A stretch of DNA of 64,000 nucleotides from Candidatus Tayloriibacteriota bacterium (lineage in GTDB: Bacteria > Patescibacteriota > Minisyncoccia > Phycocordibacterales > CAIRYW01), in NCBI GenBank assembly GCA_028286725.1, contig JAQBQZ010000012.1, forward strand, positions 5,562-69,561, read 5' to 3'. The translations under genes and the position numbers were made by a program. The notes beneath the pieces were generated by a model, which saw only the letters and a list, made by a program, of their open reading frames with translations, had not been told where the DNA came from and ran no database searches. Positions 45,480-54,926 of this stretch are shown piece after piece. Numbering within the stretch: the stretch's first letter is position 1; every line of letters starts with the position of its first letter.

Positions 45480-45930
45480 AAAGAAGATACTGCTAGGCAG
45501 CCGCCAAAGACTTTGGACGCCCATACCGTAACCGAATTGCGCTTGCAATAGCACCCTTGAGGAGGCGATTGTAATCGCTGTTATTAGCCAGGTTCTGCAA
45601 ACACTTCCAGTGGAATCGCAGCTTACCGCGATGCATGTTGGTCTCACAACTCCAAGACCAATCTTTGGTCTGAGGAGCATGGGCCCCGATTGAGAAGGAG
45701 ATTGTACCGTGAGCACGAGTACCGCTCCCAAACTGAGCACCAGAAGGAGTTGTGCACTGTGAGATCTTGATTTCTCCGATACTCACTTCTCCTTTTTGTT
45801 TTGGGGTGCGATGACGAGGAAATCCACGATCTTTTTGGCGACGGTGACGAGCGCTGTGTTTCTTGTTTTTCATTGGGATGTTGGGTGAGAAGTCTAACTT
45901 CAAAAAATAAAACCAGACTTCTCACTCGAC
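45480..45930. ncRNA. candidate structured non-coding RNA (GC-rich island; identity undetermined, RNase P RNA is one hypothesis)
   Basis: About 50 percent GC in a ~35 percent GC genome, three overlapping minus-strand ORFs in different frames (stop-codon depletion), flanked by terminator-like hairpins at 45452-45478 and 45885-45930. Minus-strand sense contains CGCGGUAAGCUGCG (compare the GCGGUAAGAGCGCA element of RNase P RNA). Confidence 0.3.
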
Positions 45931-45978
45931 ATCCTTTTATCGTACAGACTGCTCACTTTATAGCACATACCAACATTA

Positions 45979-46007
45979 TTGTAAAACACCTCAAAATGTG
46001 CTATAAT
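45979..46007 (+). promoter_or_regulatory. sigma-70-type promoter of the tmRNA gene
   Basis: TTGTAA (45979-45984), 17-nt spacer, extended -10 TGC-TATAAT (46002-46007), 8 nt before the tmRNA 5' GGGG. Confidence 0.65.
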
Positions 46008-46015
46008 ATAGGTAT

Positions 46016-46409
46016 GGGGATGACAGGCATAGACATGTAGATCCTTCATTAATGTGCGCAATCGAGTATCCTAAAACCTCGTAAAACTTATAGGAAACTC
46101 AAGTGCAAACGCACGAAAAGTTGTTTCTCCATATTTTGGAGCAAACGATTTTGCTTTCGCAACAGCTCGAGCATAGCTCGCTGAAGCTTTAAGCCATCTG
46201 ACTTCTTTGCTCTCTCTGGGAGAAGCTCAGGTGTAATACTCAGAGGATAGGATAGGGGCATTCCCGTCCCCTCTCCGAAACTTGGGATAGTTGTATATGT
46301 GTTCTGCTTTTCTAAAAGCATATGCAGCGAAACCAAAAGAGAAGATACATTGCGTAGACTCATTTCTGAAATTTACATGCACGGGGGTTCGATTCCGCCC
46401 ATCTCCACA
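46016..46409 (+). ncRNA. ssrA: tmRNA (SsrA), one-piece
   Basis: 5' GGGGATGA pairs with 3' ..GGGGGTTCGATTCCGCCCATCTCC-A (tRNA-like domain). PK1 region CCUCGUAAAAC...AGUGCAAACG resembles E. coli GCCUCGUAAAA...AGUCGCAAACG. Tag ORF GCA AAC .. GCA TAG is followed by a terminator hairpin. Confidence 0.8.
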
Positions 46410-46412
46410 CAA

Positions 46413-46446
46413 CAGAAAGCCCTTGCTTTGCAAGGGCTTTCTGTTT
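46413..46446 (+). terminator. rho-independent terminator of ssrA
   Basis: cagaaagcccttgc-tttg-caagggctttctg followed by ttt. Confidence 0.7.
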
Positions 46447-46761
46447 GAGAAGTTTGAAAATTAAAAATCCGCAACAGACTAAGGTCTCTTGCGGGATGCG
46501 ACTCTTCGGCTTATTTTTGAACTGGTAGCCAGTCTCTTAAGAAGAACAGGACGTGCCCGTGTGGACTTGACTGTTCGACAACAATCAATGATTCGGCATA
46601 CCCTTTCCGCATGCCTCAACTCTGAAGTGAATGGGTCTTTTTTTGCTTTCATACCAGGAGTGATAGTAGCATTTTTAATATCTAATTCAAGCACAAAATG
46701 CAACTCAAAAAACTTATTCCTTTAAGATGCGAATCATTCACAACCCTGCTATACTTTTCTC

Positions 46762-47292
46762 ATGAAATTCACATTCGTACGACATGGAGAAACAGATTAT
46801 AACAAACGAAAAGTTATGACGGGACAATATGATGCCCCATTAAATGAAGAGGGAAAAGAACAAGCAAGACTTGAAACTGAACGACTACCAAATGACTTTG
46901 ATGTTATATTTTCTTCATCACTTAGCAGAGCACGAGAGACCGCAGACATTATCAACCAAAATCTCAATCTCCCAATCGTTATTACGGATCTCATTACTGA
47001 AAGAGATTTTGGATCACTCGTTGGAAAAACATGGGATGAAATGGAAAGCGGATATATACCCAATGCAAGAAAAATAGACAAGGAACAGAAATATGATTAT
47101 CGTCCTTTTGGAGGCGAATCTGCGGAACAGGTGTCTCAAAGACTTTCAAAATTTATTGAAGATACAAAAACAGGGTCATACAAAAATCCACTTGTTGTCT
47201 GTCATGGAGGTATAATCAGAATGCTCTACGCTCGTGAAGGAAAAGCTTTTGAACATATTGAAAATGCAGTCACCCAAGAGTTTGATTTGTAA
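46762..47292 (+). CDS. histidine phosphatase family protein (phosphoglycerate mutase-like)
   Basis: N-terminal FVRHGETDYN (RHG catalytic motif) and later SSLSRARETA and CHGG. Confidence 0.75.
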   Translation: MKFTFVRHGETDYNKRKVMTGQYDAPLNEEGKEQARLETERLPNDFDVIFSSSLSRARETADIINQNLNLPIVITDLITERDFGSLVGKTWDEMESGYIPNARKIDKEQKYDYRPFGGESAEQVSQRLSKFIEDTKTGSYKNPLVVCHGGIIRMLYAREGKAFEHIENAVTQEFDL

Positions 47293-47342
47293 TTAATATC
47301 TAGTCCTAACTCCTCTGACACCTCTCCGCAAATAGAAAAACC

Positions 47343-47375
47343 CGCTTCACTTTTTTAGTGAAGCGATTTTTATTT
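47343..47375 (+). terminator. terminator hairpin after the histidine phosphatase gene
   Basis: cgcttcact-ttttt-agtgaagcg then atttttattt. Confidence 0.6.
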
Positions 47376-47519
47376 ATGGAGATGAAAAAGTACTAAACGC
47401 ACTTTTGTGGCGGAATCGAAAGCCGGAATACAAAATTTTCAGAATAAAATTTTACGAGGCTGGGTCGCGAGTGAATATTTGCGATGGCAAATATTAAGCT
47501 TGTGCCCGACTCCGCCCAT

Positions 47520-47548
47520 CACCATAATCCTCGTGCTAATCATGTTAT
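47520..47548 (+). repeat. degenerate direct repeat of the tmRNA 3' end (candidate attR-like scar)
   Basis: cccgaCTCCGCCCATCaCCAta versus the tmRNA 3' ttcgaTTCCGCCCATCtCCAca, 16 of 18 identical, same orientation, ~1.1 kb downstream. Confidence 0.45.
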
Positions 47549-47584
47549 AATAATCCAAGTTAGATTATTAAATAAATTATAATT

Positions 47585-48190
47585 ATGAATAAAAATACTT
47601 TAGGATTAGTGATTGCAGCTGTTGTGGTTATCGTAGGCCTTGCTTTAATTTTGAATAAATCAGAGACTTCAAAAGACAAAACTTCTTCTGAAGTAGTTGC
47701 TACAAGCACCGTTTCAGGGGCTCCGCAAAATACAACTGGATCAAATAAGACAACTACAGTAAGTAACAATCAGAATTTAAAGACTGGTGCAACTCCGTCT
47801 CCATCAAATGTAATTAATCTTCCTCCAACTACATTGAAACGATTGATTGCAAATGGTCAACCGTTGAAGTGTACATTCACAGACAGTGGTGCAATGTCTA
47901 CTATAGACGGCACAGTCTATGTTACAAACACTAAAATACGTGCAGATCTAAATGTTAGTTATGCAGGCACTACTCGACTTCATGAAATAATCTTGGGTGA
48001 AAATAGTTACACATGGGCAGATGCAACAACTACGGGCACACAATCGACGTTAGCAAAATCTTCAACGCCAACTGCTACACCAAGCAAGAATGGATTAAAT
48101 GCTGATAAAAGTATTAATTATAGATGTGATAAATGGGTTGTAGATTCTTCCAAGTTTGTCCTCCCTCCTACTGTGACTTTCGCTCAGTAA
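47585..48190 (+). CDS. hypothetical membrane-anchored Ser/Thr-rich secreted protein
   Basis: N-terminal TM then TSSEVVATSTVSGAPQNTTGSNKTTTVSNN low-complexity linker and a ~110-aa domain with Cys pair. Confidence 0.45.
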   Translation: MNKNTLGLVIAAVVVIVGLALILNKSETSKDKTSSEVVATSTVSGAPQNTTGSNKTTTVSNNQNLKTGATPSPSNVINLPPTTLKRLIANGQPLKCTFTDSGAMSTIDGTVYVTNTKIRADLNVSYAGTTRLHEIILGENSYTWADATTTGTQSTLAKSSTPTATPSKNGLNADKSINYRCDKWVVDSSKFVLPPTVTFAQ

Positions 48191-48210
48191 TCATAAAAGA
48201 ACAACAAAAT

Positions 48211-48242
48211 AAAACCACGCCTTAAGGTGTGGTTTTATTTTT
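48211..48242. terminator. bidirectional terminator hairpin
   Basis: aaaaccacgcc-ttaa-ggtgtggtttt followed by atttttgg. Confidence 0.55.
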
Positions 48243-48283
48243 GGTTTAAAGCTAGAGCTGCGGGAATTTATTCTGTCTATTTT

Positions 48284-49183
48284 TTACTTATCTTTCTGCC
48301 ATTTCTCCAAAGTCACCAAGAGTGGTGAACCGATAAAGATTGATGAATATGTTCCAACTGCGATACCAATAAGGAGTGCCAGTGCGAAATGCTGCGTCGC
48401 CTCTGCTCCGTAGATATAGAGCACAACAAGCGAAAGCATTGTTGTAAGGGATGTATTGATTGATCGAGTAAAAGTCTGTGATACTGACATACCAACAACT
48501 TCTTCAAAGGTTTTCTTACTTTTTTCTTTGTTGTTCTTATGGAGGTTTTCTCTTGTTCGGTCGAACACTACGATCGTATCATGCACAGAGAATCCGAGAA
48601 CAACGAGAAGTGCCGTTACGAAAAGCGCATCAACTTCAACCCCTTGATAGTATCCCAGGAACGCAAACACTCCTGTAGGTATGACCACATCGTGAAGGAG
48701 GGCCACAATTGCAACAAGTCCGTATTTCCAAGAAGATACAGGTTTTGATACTCCACGAAATGCGAATGTAATAAAGAGAACAATCGCAAGAAGCACAAAG
48801 AAGATCGACTGCGCAGATTTTGCCCGAAGCTCTTCGCCAAGAACTGGTCCTACAGAATCAAATCGCTTGATACTCGCCCCCGTATCCCCTGCTGTGATAT
48901 CAGAGAGAAGTGTTGTTCTCTCCACATCCGAAAGACTACGTGTTCGGAAGATGAGACCTTTGTCTCCTGTCGGTTGAACAGAATATTCACCAAGATCAAT
49001 ATTTGTGAGGTTTGCTTTGATAGCATCAACACTTGGCGCTACAGAATACTCCGCTTCAACAATTGACCCTCCCTTAAAATCAATACCGAATTTGAGTCCG
49101 TAAGCAAAGATCCCATAAAGAGACACCGCAATAAGAACAATTGAAATTGTATAGAATATTTTTCTGAATTTGATTACAAACAT
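48284..49183 (-). CDS. secF: protein translocase subunit SecF
   Basis: LKFGIDFKGGSIVEAEY N-terminal motif, 6 TM, 299 aa, directly downstream of secD. Confidence 0.85.
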   Translation of the reverse strand: MFVIKFRKIFYTISIVLIAVSLYGIFAYGLKFGIDFKGGSIVEAEYSVAPSVDAIKANLTNIDLGEYSVQPTGDKGLIFRTRSLSDVERTTLLSDITAGDTGASIKRFDSVGPVLGEELRAKSAQSIFFVLLAIVLFITFAFRGVSKPVSSWKYGLVAIVALLHDVVIPTGVFAFLGYYQGVEVDALFVTALLVVLGFSVHDTIVVFDRTRENLHKNNKEKSKKTFEEVVGMSVSQTFTRSINTSLTTMLSLVVLYIYGAEATQHFALALLIGIAVGTYSSIFIGSPLLVTLEKWQKDK

Positions 49184-49198
49184 AAATTTATTTAAGAA

Positions 49199-50530
49199 TT
49201 AATTTTTAAGACCGTTACCGAAAAGGAATTTAGTAAATTTGTTTGTTTTCTTAAGACCGATCGCAATAAGAAGCGTTCGAGAAACTGTAATCGCTGTGAA
49301 CATACTTGTTATAACACCGATCGCAAATACGAATGAGAACCCTTTGATGAGCGCACTTGTCGCAAAGTAGTAAAGAATCACCGCAGTAATGATTGATGAG
49401 AGGTTTGAATCTCGAATTGAAAGCCATGCTCGATGAAAGCCTTCTCGTATTGCATCCTCAAGTGAAAGGCCCCTCTTAAGCTCCTCTTTCATTCTCTCAA
49501 AGATGAGGATGTTGGCGTCCACGGCCATACCGATCGACAGAATAAATCCTGCAAGACCTGCTGTTGTGAGAGTTACTGGGACCAGCTTAAATATAATAAG
49601 GTTAATGATCGTGTAGACCGCGAGCGCAATAACTGCAACAATTCCCGGGAGTCGGTACCAAAGGATAAGGAATATCGCAATAACAATAAAGCTTATTATC
49701 CCAGCATCAACACTTGCATGAAGTGCTCCCGCACCCAGAGAGGCACCAATTGTTTGAGTACCAAGAAGTGAGATTGGAAGAGGTAATGCCCCGTAGTTCA
49801 AATCTTCTACAAGCTTCTTTGCTTCGTCTGGAGTGAACTGTCCTGAGATCTGAGCCTTACCGTCTGTGATCGCATCTCGGATAACAGGTGTTGAGAGTGG
49901 TCGTCCATCAAGGAAGATTGCGAGCACTCGTCCGATATTGTTCTTTGTGAGATCTGCAAAAAGAGTTTTACCTTCATCATTAAATGTCAGAGATACGACA
50001 GGAGCATTTGTATTCTGATTGAACTCTAAGTCAGCTCGAGCAAGAAGTCGTCCGGTTAGCCCTGTGTCAGCAAACATCTGATCCATTGTATACTTCGTTG
50101 TTGTTGAAAGGTTTTCGTTTTGAAGTTTGAATTCAAGGACTGGAGTCTTGCCGATGATACCAATCGCCTTTTCTGTATCTGTTACTCCTGGAAGTTCAAC
50201 AATAAGCTTGTGAACACTCTGTCCTCCAATATTTGCATCTTCAACCTGTACAAGAGGCTCTGAAACACCGAGCACGTTGATTCGATTTTCGATAGTTTCT
50301 CGAAGAGCTTCCATTGCACCCTTCACATCATCTGGTGCCACTTTTGAAGTGTCTGCCTGGTACACGAGGTGTGTACCACCATTTAGATCAAGTCCGAGCT
50401 TGAATGGCACATTGCCAAACCCACCGTCCTTTGATGTTTCTGTGCTGTAAATAAAGTAACCGCCAAATACCGCCAAAGCTAATAAAAACAATGCTGTAAT
50501 ACGAATTTTTGTAGTAGACATACGGGACAT
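49199..50530 (-). CDS. secD: protein translocase subunit SecD
   Basis: LGLDLNGGTHLVYQAD motif, large periplasmic domain, C-terminal 6-TM bundle, 443 aa. Confidence 0.85.
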   Translation of the reverse strand: MSRMSTTKIRITALFLLALAVFGGYFIYSTETSKDGGFGNVPFKLGLDLNGGTHLVYQADTSKVAPDDVKGAMEALRETIENRINVLGVSEPLVQVEDANIGGQSVHKLIVELPGVTDTEKAIGIIGKTPVLEFKLQNENLSTTTKYTMDQMFADTGLTGRLLARADLEFNQNTNAPVVSLTFNDEGKTLFADLTKNNIGRVLAIFLDGRPLSTPVIRDAITDGKAQISGQFTPDEAKKLVEDLNYGALPLPISLLGTQTIGASLGAGALHASVDAGIISFIVIAIFLILWYRLPGIVAVIALAVYTIINLIIFKLVPVTLTTAGLAGFILSIGMAVDANILIFERMKEELKRGLSLEDAIREGFHRAWLSIRDSNLSSIITAVILYYFATSALIKGFSFVFAIGVITSMFTAITVSRTLLIAIGLKKTNKFTKFLFGNGLKN

Positions 50531-50624
50531 TATACTCGCTTTAGGGCTTTTTGCAATTCAATAAAGCAAGCAAAAATAGCTGTAAACACGTTACTGCGTA
50601 ACGATATTTTTGAATTTAATACAT

Positions 50625-51329
50625 CTAAATCTTACGCGACGTGAATCTCCCTGAAATGAACTTTTTTAAAATTAAGATAAGTATCCATATACCAAAGATC
50701 ACAAGGACATATTTGACCCCGATAATCTTGAGTGCATTATCACCCAAGGTATACACGAGCACTCCCCAAAATATATTCCAGATAACAATTCCAAAAAGCG
50801 AATAGATCGAAAACTTTCGAAGCGAAATACTCAAAGTCCCCGCGGCTGTTGCAATAATGGATGCAAGATTTGGCTCCCAATAACTAAAGACAATAGCATT
50901 CATCCCTTGCTTCTCGAGCTTTCCCTTTGCCATCTCAAGAGAATGTCCAAATCCAAATTTCAAAAGCACTTTATACCATCCATATTTACCAACAAAATAA
51001 TTCAAAGTATATGCAATAAAAAATGCGAGTGACGTGACAGACACAACCGCAATCGCTCGCGGAATATCTCCAACCGAAGAGATCACTCCAAGAAAAATAA
51101 TAAATCCTCCAGGAAAATATTGACCTACTATAAAAAATCCTTCAATAAGAGCTCCAAGAAATACAATCAATATTCCATACTGATTGAAATATTCCTTTAC
51201 GAGAGGAATCATCTGGTCATCACTCGGTAATCCAAACACTTTCCACAAAAAGGCCATTGTGAGATAAATAACCAAAAGCCCAAGCGGAACTAAAAGTAAT
51301 TTTAGGTATTCCTTCATTTTCGTATTCAT
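50625..51329 (-). CDS. DedA/VTT-domain family membrane protein
   Basis: LIEGFFIVGQYFPGGFIIFLGV matches the DedA signature (G-x-F-P-G), 234 aa, 5-6 TM. Confidence 0.65.
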   Translation of the reverse strand: MNTKMKEYLKLLLVPLGLLVIYLTMAFLWKVFGLPSDDQMIPLVKEYFNQYGILIVFLGALIEGFFIVGQYFPGGFIIFLGVISSVGDIPRAIAVVSVTSLAFFIAYTLNYFVGKYGWYKVLLKFGFGHSLEMAKGKLEKQGMNAIVFSYWEPNLASIIATAAGTLSISLRKFSIYSLFGIVIWNIFWGVLVYTLGDNALKIIGVKYVLVIFGIWILILILKKFISGRFTSRKI

Positions 51330-51331
51330 AA

Positions 51332-52222
51332 TTATACCTTCAACTCCTCCACCCCTTTCACAAAGTCTTCTTTCGGTTCCCAGCCAATGAGATTTTTGGC
51401 AACTGTCGTATCTGCAAGCGTATGTCGAGGCTCGATTCGAGGCGCAATGAATTCATATTCTCCTCCGATCATCTGAGCAATTTCAAGCACTGAATGTTGC
51501 TCTCCTCCTCCAATATTCATAATCTCTCCTTTCCCCACCTTATCGCTTTCCATTGCAAGAATATTTGCACGCACTACATCTCGTACATGAGTGAAGTCTC
51601 GTGTCTGAAGTCCATCTCCGGTAATCGTCATTTTTTGTCCTTCTTTTTTTTGTTTGAGGAATCGAGCGATCACAAGCGCGTATGCGCCCTCGCTTGATTG
51701 TCTTGGACCATACACATTAAAGTATCGAAGTGATACTGTTTCAATACCATAGATCTCTGACCAGATACGACAGATATGCTCTCCAACATATTTTTGCATT
51801 CCGTAAGGACTGAGCGGTTGTGGAAGCATCGTCTCAATAAGCGGCATTGTAGATTGATTACCGTATGCTGCCGATGAAGCAGAATAAACAACTCTTTTGA
51901 CCCCAGCAAGTTGTGCGGCGATCAAAATATTTTGCGTTCCATTTATATTGACCTCGTTGGTTTCAATCGGATTTTCGATTGAATACTGTACTCGTGGAAG
52001 TGCTGCAAAATGAAATACCCCGTCGATACCTGCAAAGAGAGGCTTGATCTCTTCAATATTTCTAATATCAGCTTTGTGGAAAATTGCTTTTGGATTGAGA
52101 TTCTCCTCAAATCCTCCAGAAAGGTTGTCTATAATATGCACTTCATCCCCTCTTTCAATAAGAACATCGACGAGATTGGATCCGATAAACCCAGCACCTC
52201 CTGTAACAATGTATTTTTTCAT
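51332..52222 (-). CDS. NAD-dependent sugar-nucleotide epimerase/dehydratase (SDR family)
   Basis: MKKYIVTGGAGFIGSNLVD Rossmann motif, later YSASSAAYG and YxxxK. 3-nt spacer to the DedA gene. Confidence 0.75.
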   Translation of the reverse strand: MKKYIVTGGAGFIGSNLVDVLIERGDEVHIIDNLSGGFEENLNPKAIFHKADIRNIEEIKPLFAGIDGVFHFAALPRVQYSIENPIETNEVNINGTQNILIAAQLAGVKRVVYSASSAAYGNQSTMPLIETMLPQPLSPYGMQKYVGEHICRIWSEIYGIETVSLRYFNVYGPRQSSEGAYALVIARFLKQKKEGQKMTITGDGLQTRDFTHVRDVVRANILAMESDKVGKGEIMNIGGGEQHSVLEIAQMIGGEYEFIAPRIEPRHTLADTTVAKNLIGWEPKEDFVKGVEELKV

Positions 52223-52283
52223 TTTTAATTTAAAATTATGAATTATAATTTTTGATTTTTGGTTTTTAGGTTTTGATTTTACT

Positions 52284-53627
52284 TTATCTCCCCTGTCTCG
52301 ACATTAATATTTTGATTGTCTTTAGCGCAATAATTATATCAAGTGGAAATGATCTGTGCTTGATGTAATAAAGATCGTAAGAAAGTTTGTTCTGAGTCTC
52401 TTCGACATCCACTCCATGATGAGGATGGTTCTCATGATAGAGCTGCGCCCACCCAAAGAGTCCTGGCTTTATGATATGACGAACATTGTAATATGGTATT
52501 TGTTTTTCGTAGAGCTTGACTCCCGATGGTAATTCAGGACGAGGTCCAACAATGGTCAGGTCTCCTTTGATGACATTCACGAGCTGTGGAAGCTCATCAA
52601 TTCGAGATACTCTAAGAAATGAACCAAATTTTGTCACCTTGTTGTCGGTGGCTTTTGAAAGATCTGTTTCATTTCGATTCATACTTCTAAACTTCAAGAT
52701 TCGAATAGGTCGATTATTCTTTCCCACTCTTTCCTGAACAATAAATAAGGGTCCGTTATCCTGAATCTTGATACCTATATATACAAAGAGATAGAAAGGA
52801 AGCGTGATTACAAATGCTGGCAGAGCAAGCACGAGGTCCATCACTCTTTTCAGGAATTCATAAGTATCTCTCCGTCCTGTTGAAATATTTTCCAAGAACC
52901 ATCCGTAATCGATGAGCGACACAGGAAGCCGATCAAACATATCTTCATAAAGATCATAAAAATCAATGAAACTTATTTTCGAAAAGATAAGCTTGTAGAG
53001 ATGCGGCAAGATTGGTGATACAAGTTCTGAACGAGAGTCAACGATAATAGTTTTTATCTTTTCAACCTTGATGAGGCGCTCTATCTCTTCAATACCCAGA
53101 TCCTTTATCGACTCCGTATCAATAATACGAACAACGCTAAATCCATACTGAGTATTCTGATTGACTTCATCACGAAGACTTAAAGCGTTTGATCCGCCCG
53201 CGATCATAAGCGCATGAGATTTTGTTTTTACAGAAAAGAGTGACACCGCATACACTCTCCATATAAATGAAAGTCCGAGAGAAATGAGGATGTAGAAGAA
53301 AAGTATTGTCTTTGGCGCCACTCCAAAATATGGAAGCGAATAGAAGAAAAAGATAGCAACAACACTGTTAAATAGCTGCGTTTTTAAAAGCAACTCCGGC
53401 AATCGCTTTCGCTTTGCGATGCGCTGCTTTTCATAAAGTCCTGCAATAAAGAAAAAAGCGATCCATACAATAGAGATGATCGAAAATGGAATAGCGAGAC
53501 TGTAGAGCGCATTAAAAGAAGGAATCTCAAAATTTCTAATAAAGAGAGAGAGCCAGAGAGCAACAAAAAAAGCCACAATATCTCCCAAAAGAAGTATGAG
53601 TGATTCTTTTTTGTTTCCGATGCGCAT
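52284..53627 (-). CDS. undecaprenyl-phosphate sugar phosphotransferase (WbaP/CpsE-type bacterial sugar transferase)
   Basis: 5 N-terminal TM helices, C-terminal catalytic domain with KFRSM and RIDELPQLVNVIKGDLTIVGPRP. Confidence 0.8.
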   Translation of the reverse strand: MRIGNKKESLILLLGDIVAFFVALWLSLFIRNFEIPSFNALYSLAIPFSIISIVWIAFFFIAGLYEKQRIAKRKRLPELLLKTQLFNSVVAIFFFYSLPYFGVAPKTILFFYILISLGLSFIWRVYAVSLFSVKTKSHALMIAGGSNALSLRDEVNQNTQYGFSVVRIIDTESIKDLGIEEIERLIKVEKIKTIIVDSRSELVSPILPHLYKLIFSKISFIDFYDLYEDMFDRLPVSLIDYGWFLENISTGRRDTYEFLKRVMDLVLALPAFVITLPFYLFVYIGIKIQDNGPLFIVQERVGKNNRPIRILKFRSMNRNETDLSKATDNKVTKFGSFLRVSRIDELPQLVNVIKGDLTIVGPRPELPSGVKLYEKQIPYYNVRHIIKPGLFGWAQLYHENHPHHGVDVEETQNKLSYDLYYIKHRSFPLDIIIALKTIKILMSRQGR

Positions 53628-53720
53628 ATGGATAATGATTTATTTGCGGTTAATTTTGGGATAGATCCTTTCCTGTGTTAAGATATACTATCATAAATTC
53701 AATCAGTATAAAAATGTTCA

Positions 53721-54881
53721 TTGTCTATGCAAAATAAGAAAAAGATAATCCTGGTTATTACAAAATCGAGCTGGGGTGGCGCTCAACGCTATGTCTTTGA
53801 CCTTGCCACATCGCTCCAAAAAGAAGGTTTTGAGATTATTGTTGCGACCGGAGGCCAAAAAGCTCTCTACCACAAACTGAAAGCAGAAGGTGTAAAAGTA
53901 ATCGAGATCCCTGGAATGGAACGCGACCTATCACTCCCAAAAGAGATCAAAGCATTCGGCTTTTTGTATAAATTGTTCAAAAAAGAAAAACCAGATATCA
54001 TCCATTTAAACAGTTCGAAAGCTGGACTCGGAGCGCTCGCAGGCAGGCTCACTGGCATCAAAAAAATAGTGTTCACGATGCACGGACTCGCAACGAATGA
54101 AAACCGCCCACCCTACCAGAAACGTTTTATACGACTTATATATATATTAACCATTATTCTCTGTCACAAAACGATCGCAGTATCAGATGCACTCAAAAAG
54201 CAATCAGAACGAGAACTTGGAATGGTCTCTCACAAAATCACAGTCATCAGAAACGGAATCATGTCTCCCGACTTTCTCACAAAACATGATGCGAGACACC
54301 TCCTCATCCAATCAATGATCAAGGGTAAAGCAGATATCAAGCTCGCATCATTTACAATCGGAACAATAGGTGAACTTCATCCCATCAAAGGACATTCATA
54401 TCTCCTCGAAGGATTCCAGACTATTCTTCGCCACTCTGCCCTGCCTCTTTATCTTTTTATAATCGGCGATGGGCAAGATAACAAAAAAATACAAAAGCAG
54501 ATCGACACAATGAAATTATCTGACAATGTATTTATGTGCGGACATGTTGATAATGCAGAAACAATACTTAAGGCATTCGATATTTTTATTCTTCCATCGA
54601 TCTCTGAAGGGTTACCTTATGTTTTGGAAGAAGCGGGATTTGCAGGACTTCCTACGATTGCTTCAAATGTCGGCGGAATTCCAGAAATAATTGAAGACAA
54701 AAAAACAGGACTCCTCATCAAACCGCAATCAGCGAGCGACATTGCTCACGCCATACAGAAACTTGTATATGAACCAGAGCTTCGAAAAGATATCGGGCTA
54801 AATCTTCACAAAAAAGTAACGACAGAATTCATTTTGGAAAAGATGGTTTTGGATACCAAGAAAATCTACGGCATCATCTAA
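53721..54881 (+). CDS. glycosyltransferase family 4 (GT-B fold)
   Basis: C-terminal domain EGLPYVLEEAGFAGLPTIASNVGGIPEIIEDKKTGLL (E-x7-E region). Confidence 0.8.
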   Translation: MSMQNKKKIILVITKSSWGGAQRYVFDLATSLQKEGFEIIVATGGQKALYHKLKAEGVKVIEIPGMERDLSLPKEIKAFGFLYKLFKKEKPDIIHLNSSKAGLGALAGRLTGIKKIVFTMHGLATNENRPPYQKRFIRLIYILTIILCHKTIAVSDALKKQSERELGMVSHKITVIRNGIMSPDFLTKHDARHLLIQSMIKGKADIKLASFTIGTIGELHPIKGHSYLLEGFQTILRHSALPLYLFIIGDGQDNKKIQKQIDTMKLSDNVFMCGHVDNAETILKAFDIFILPSISEGLPYVLEEAGFAGLPTIASNVGGIPEIIEDKKTGLLIKPQSASDIAHAIQKLVYEPELRKDIGLNLHKKVTTEFILEKMVLDTKKIYGII

Positions 54882-54926
54882 ATATCCACAGCCATTTTAA
54901 GTTCTTTTTGTGATATAATTCAACTT

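Noticed and set aside
45493-45903. 136-aa minus-strand ORF (and overlapping 45477..45740, 45644..45925, 45801..46040)
   Set aside because: Multiple overlapping frames are open in a GC-rich island and the product is basic low-complexity. It is more consistent with a structured RNA or non-coding DNA than a protein gene. It is reported as a candidate ncRNA instead.
46088-46433. ORFs 46088..46363 and 46227..46433 (minus strand)
   Set aside because: They lie inside the tmRNA gene and its terminator.
46479-46725. ORFs 46479..46703 (-) and 46489..46725 (+)
   Set aside because: Mutually overlapping small ORFs in a structured intergenic region, with no coding signal.
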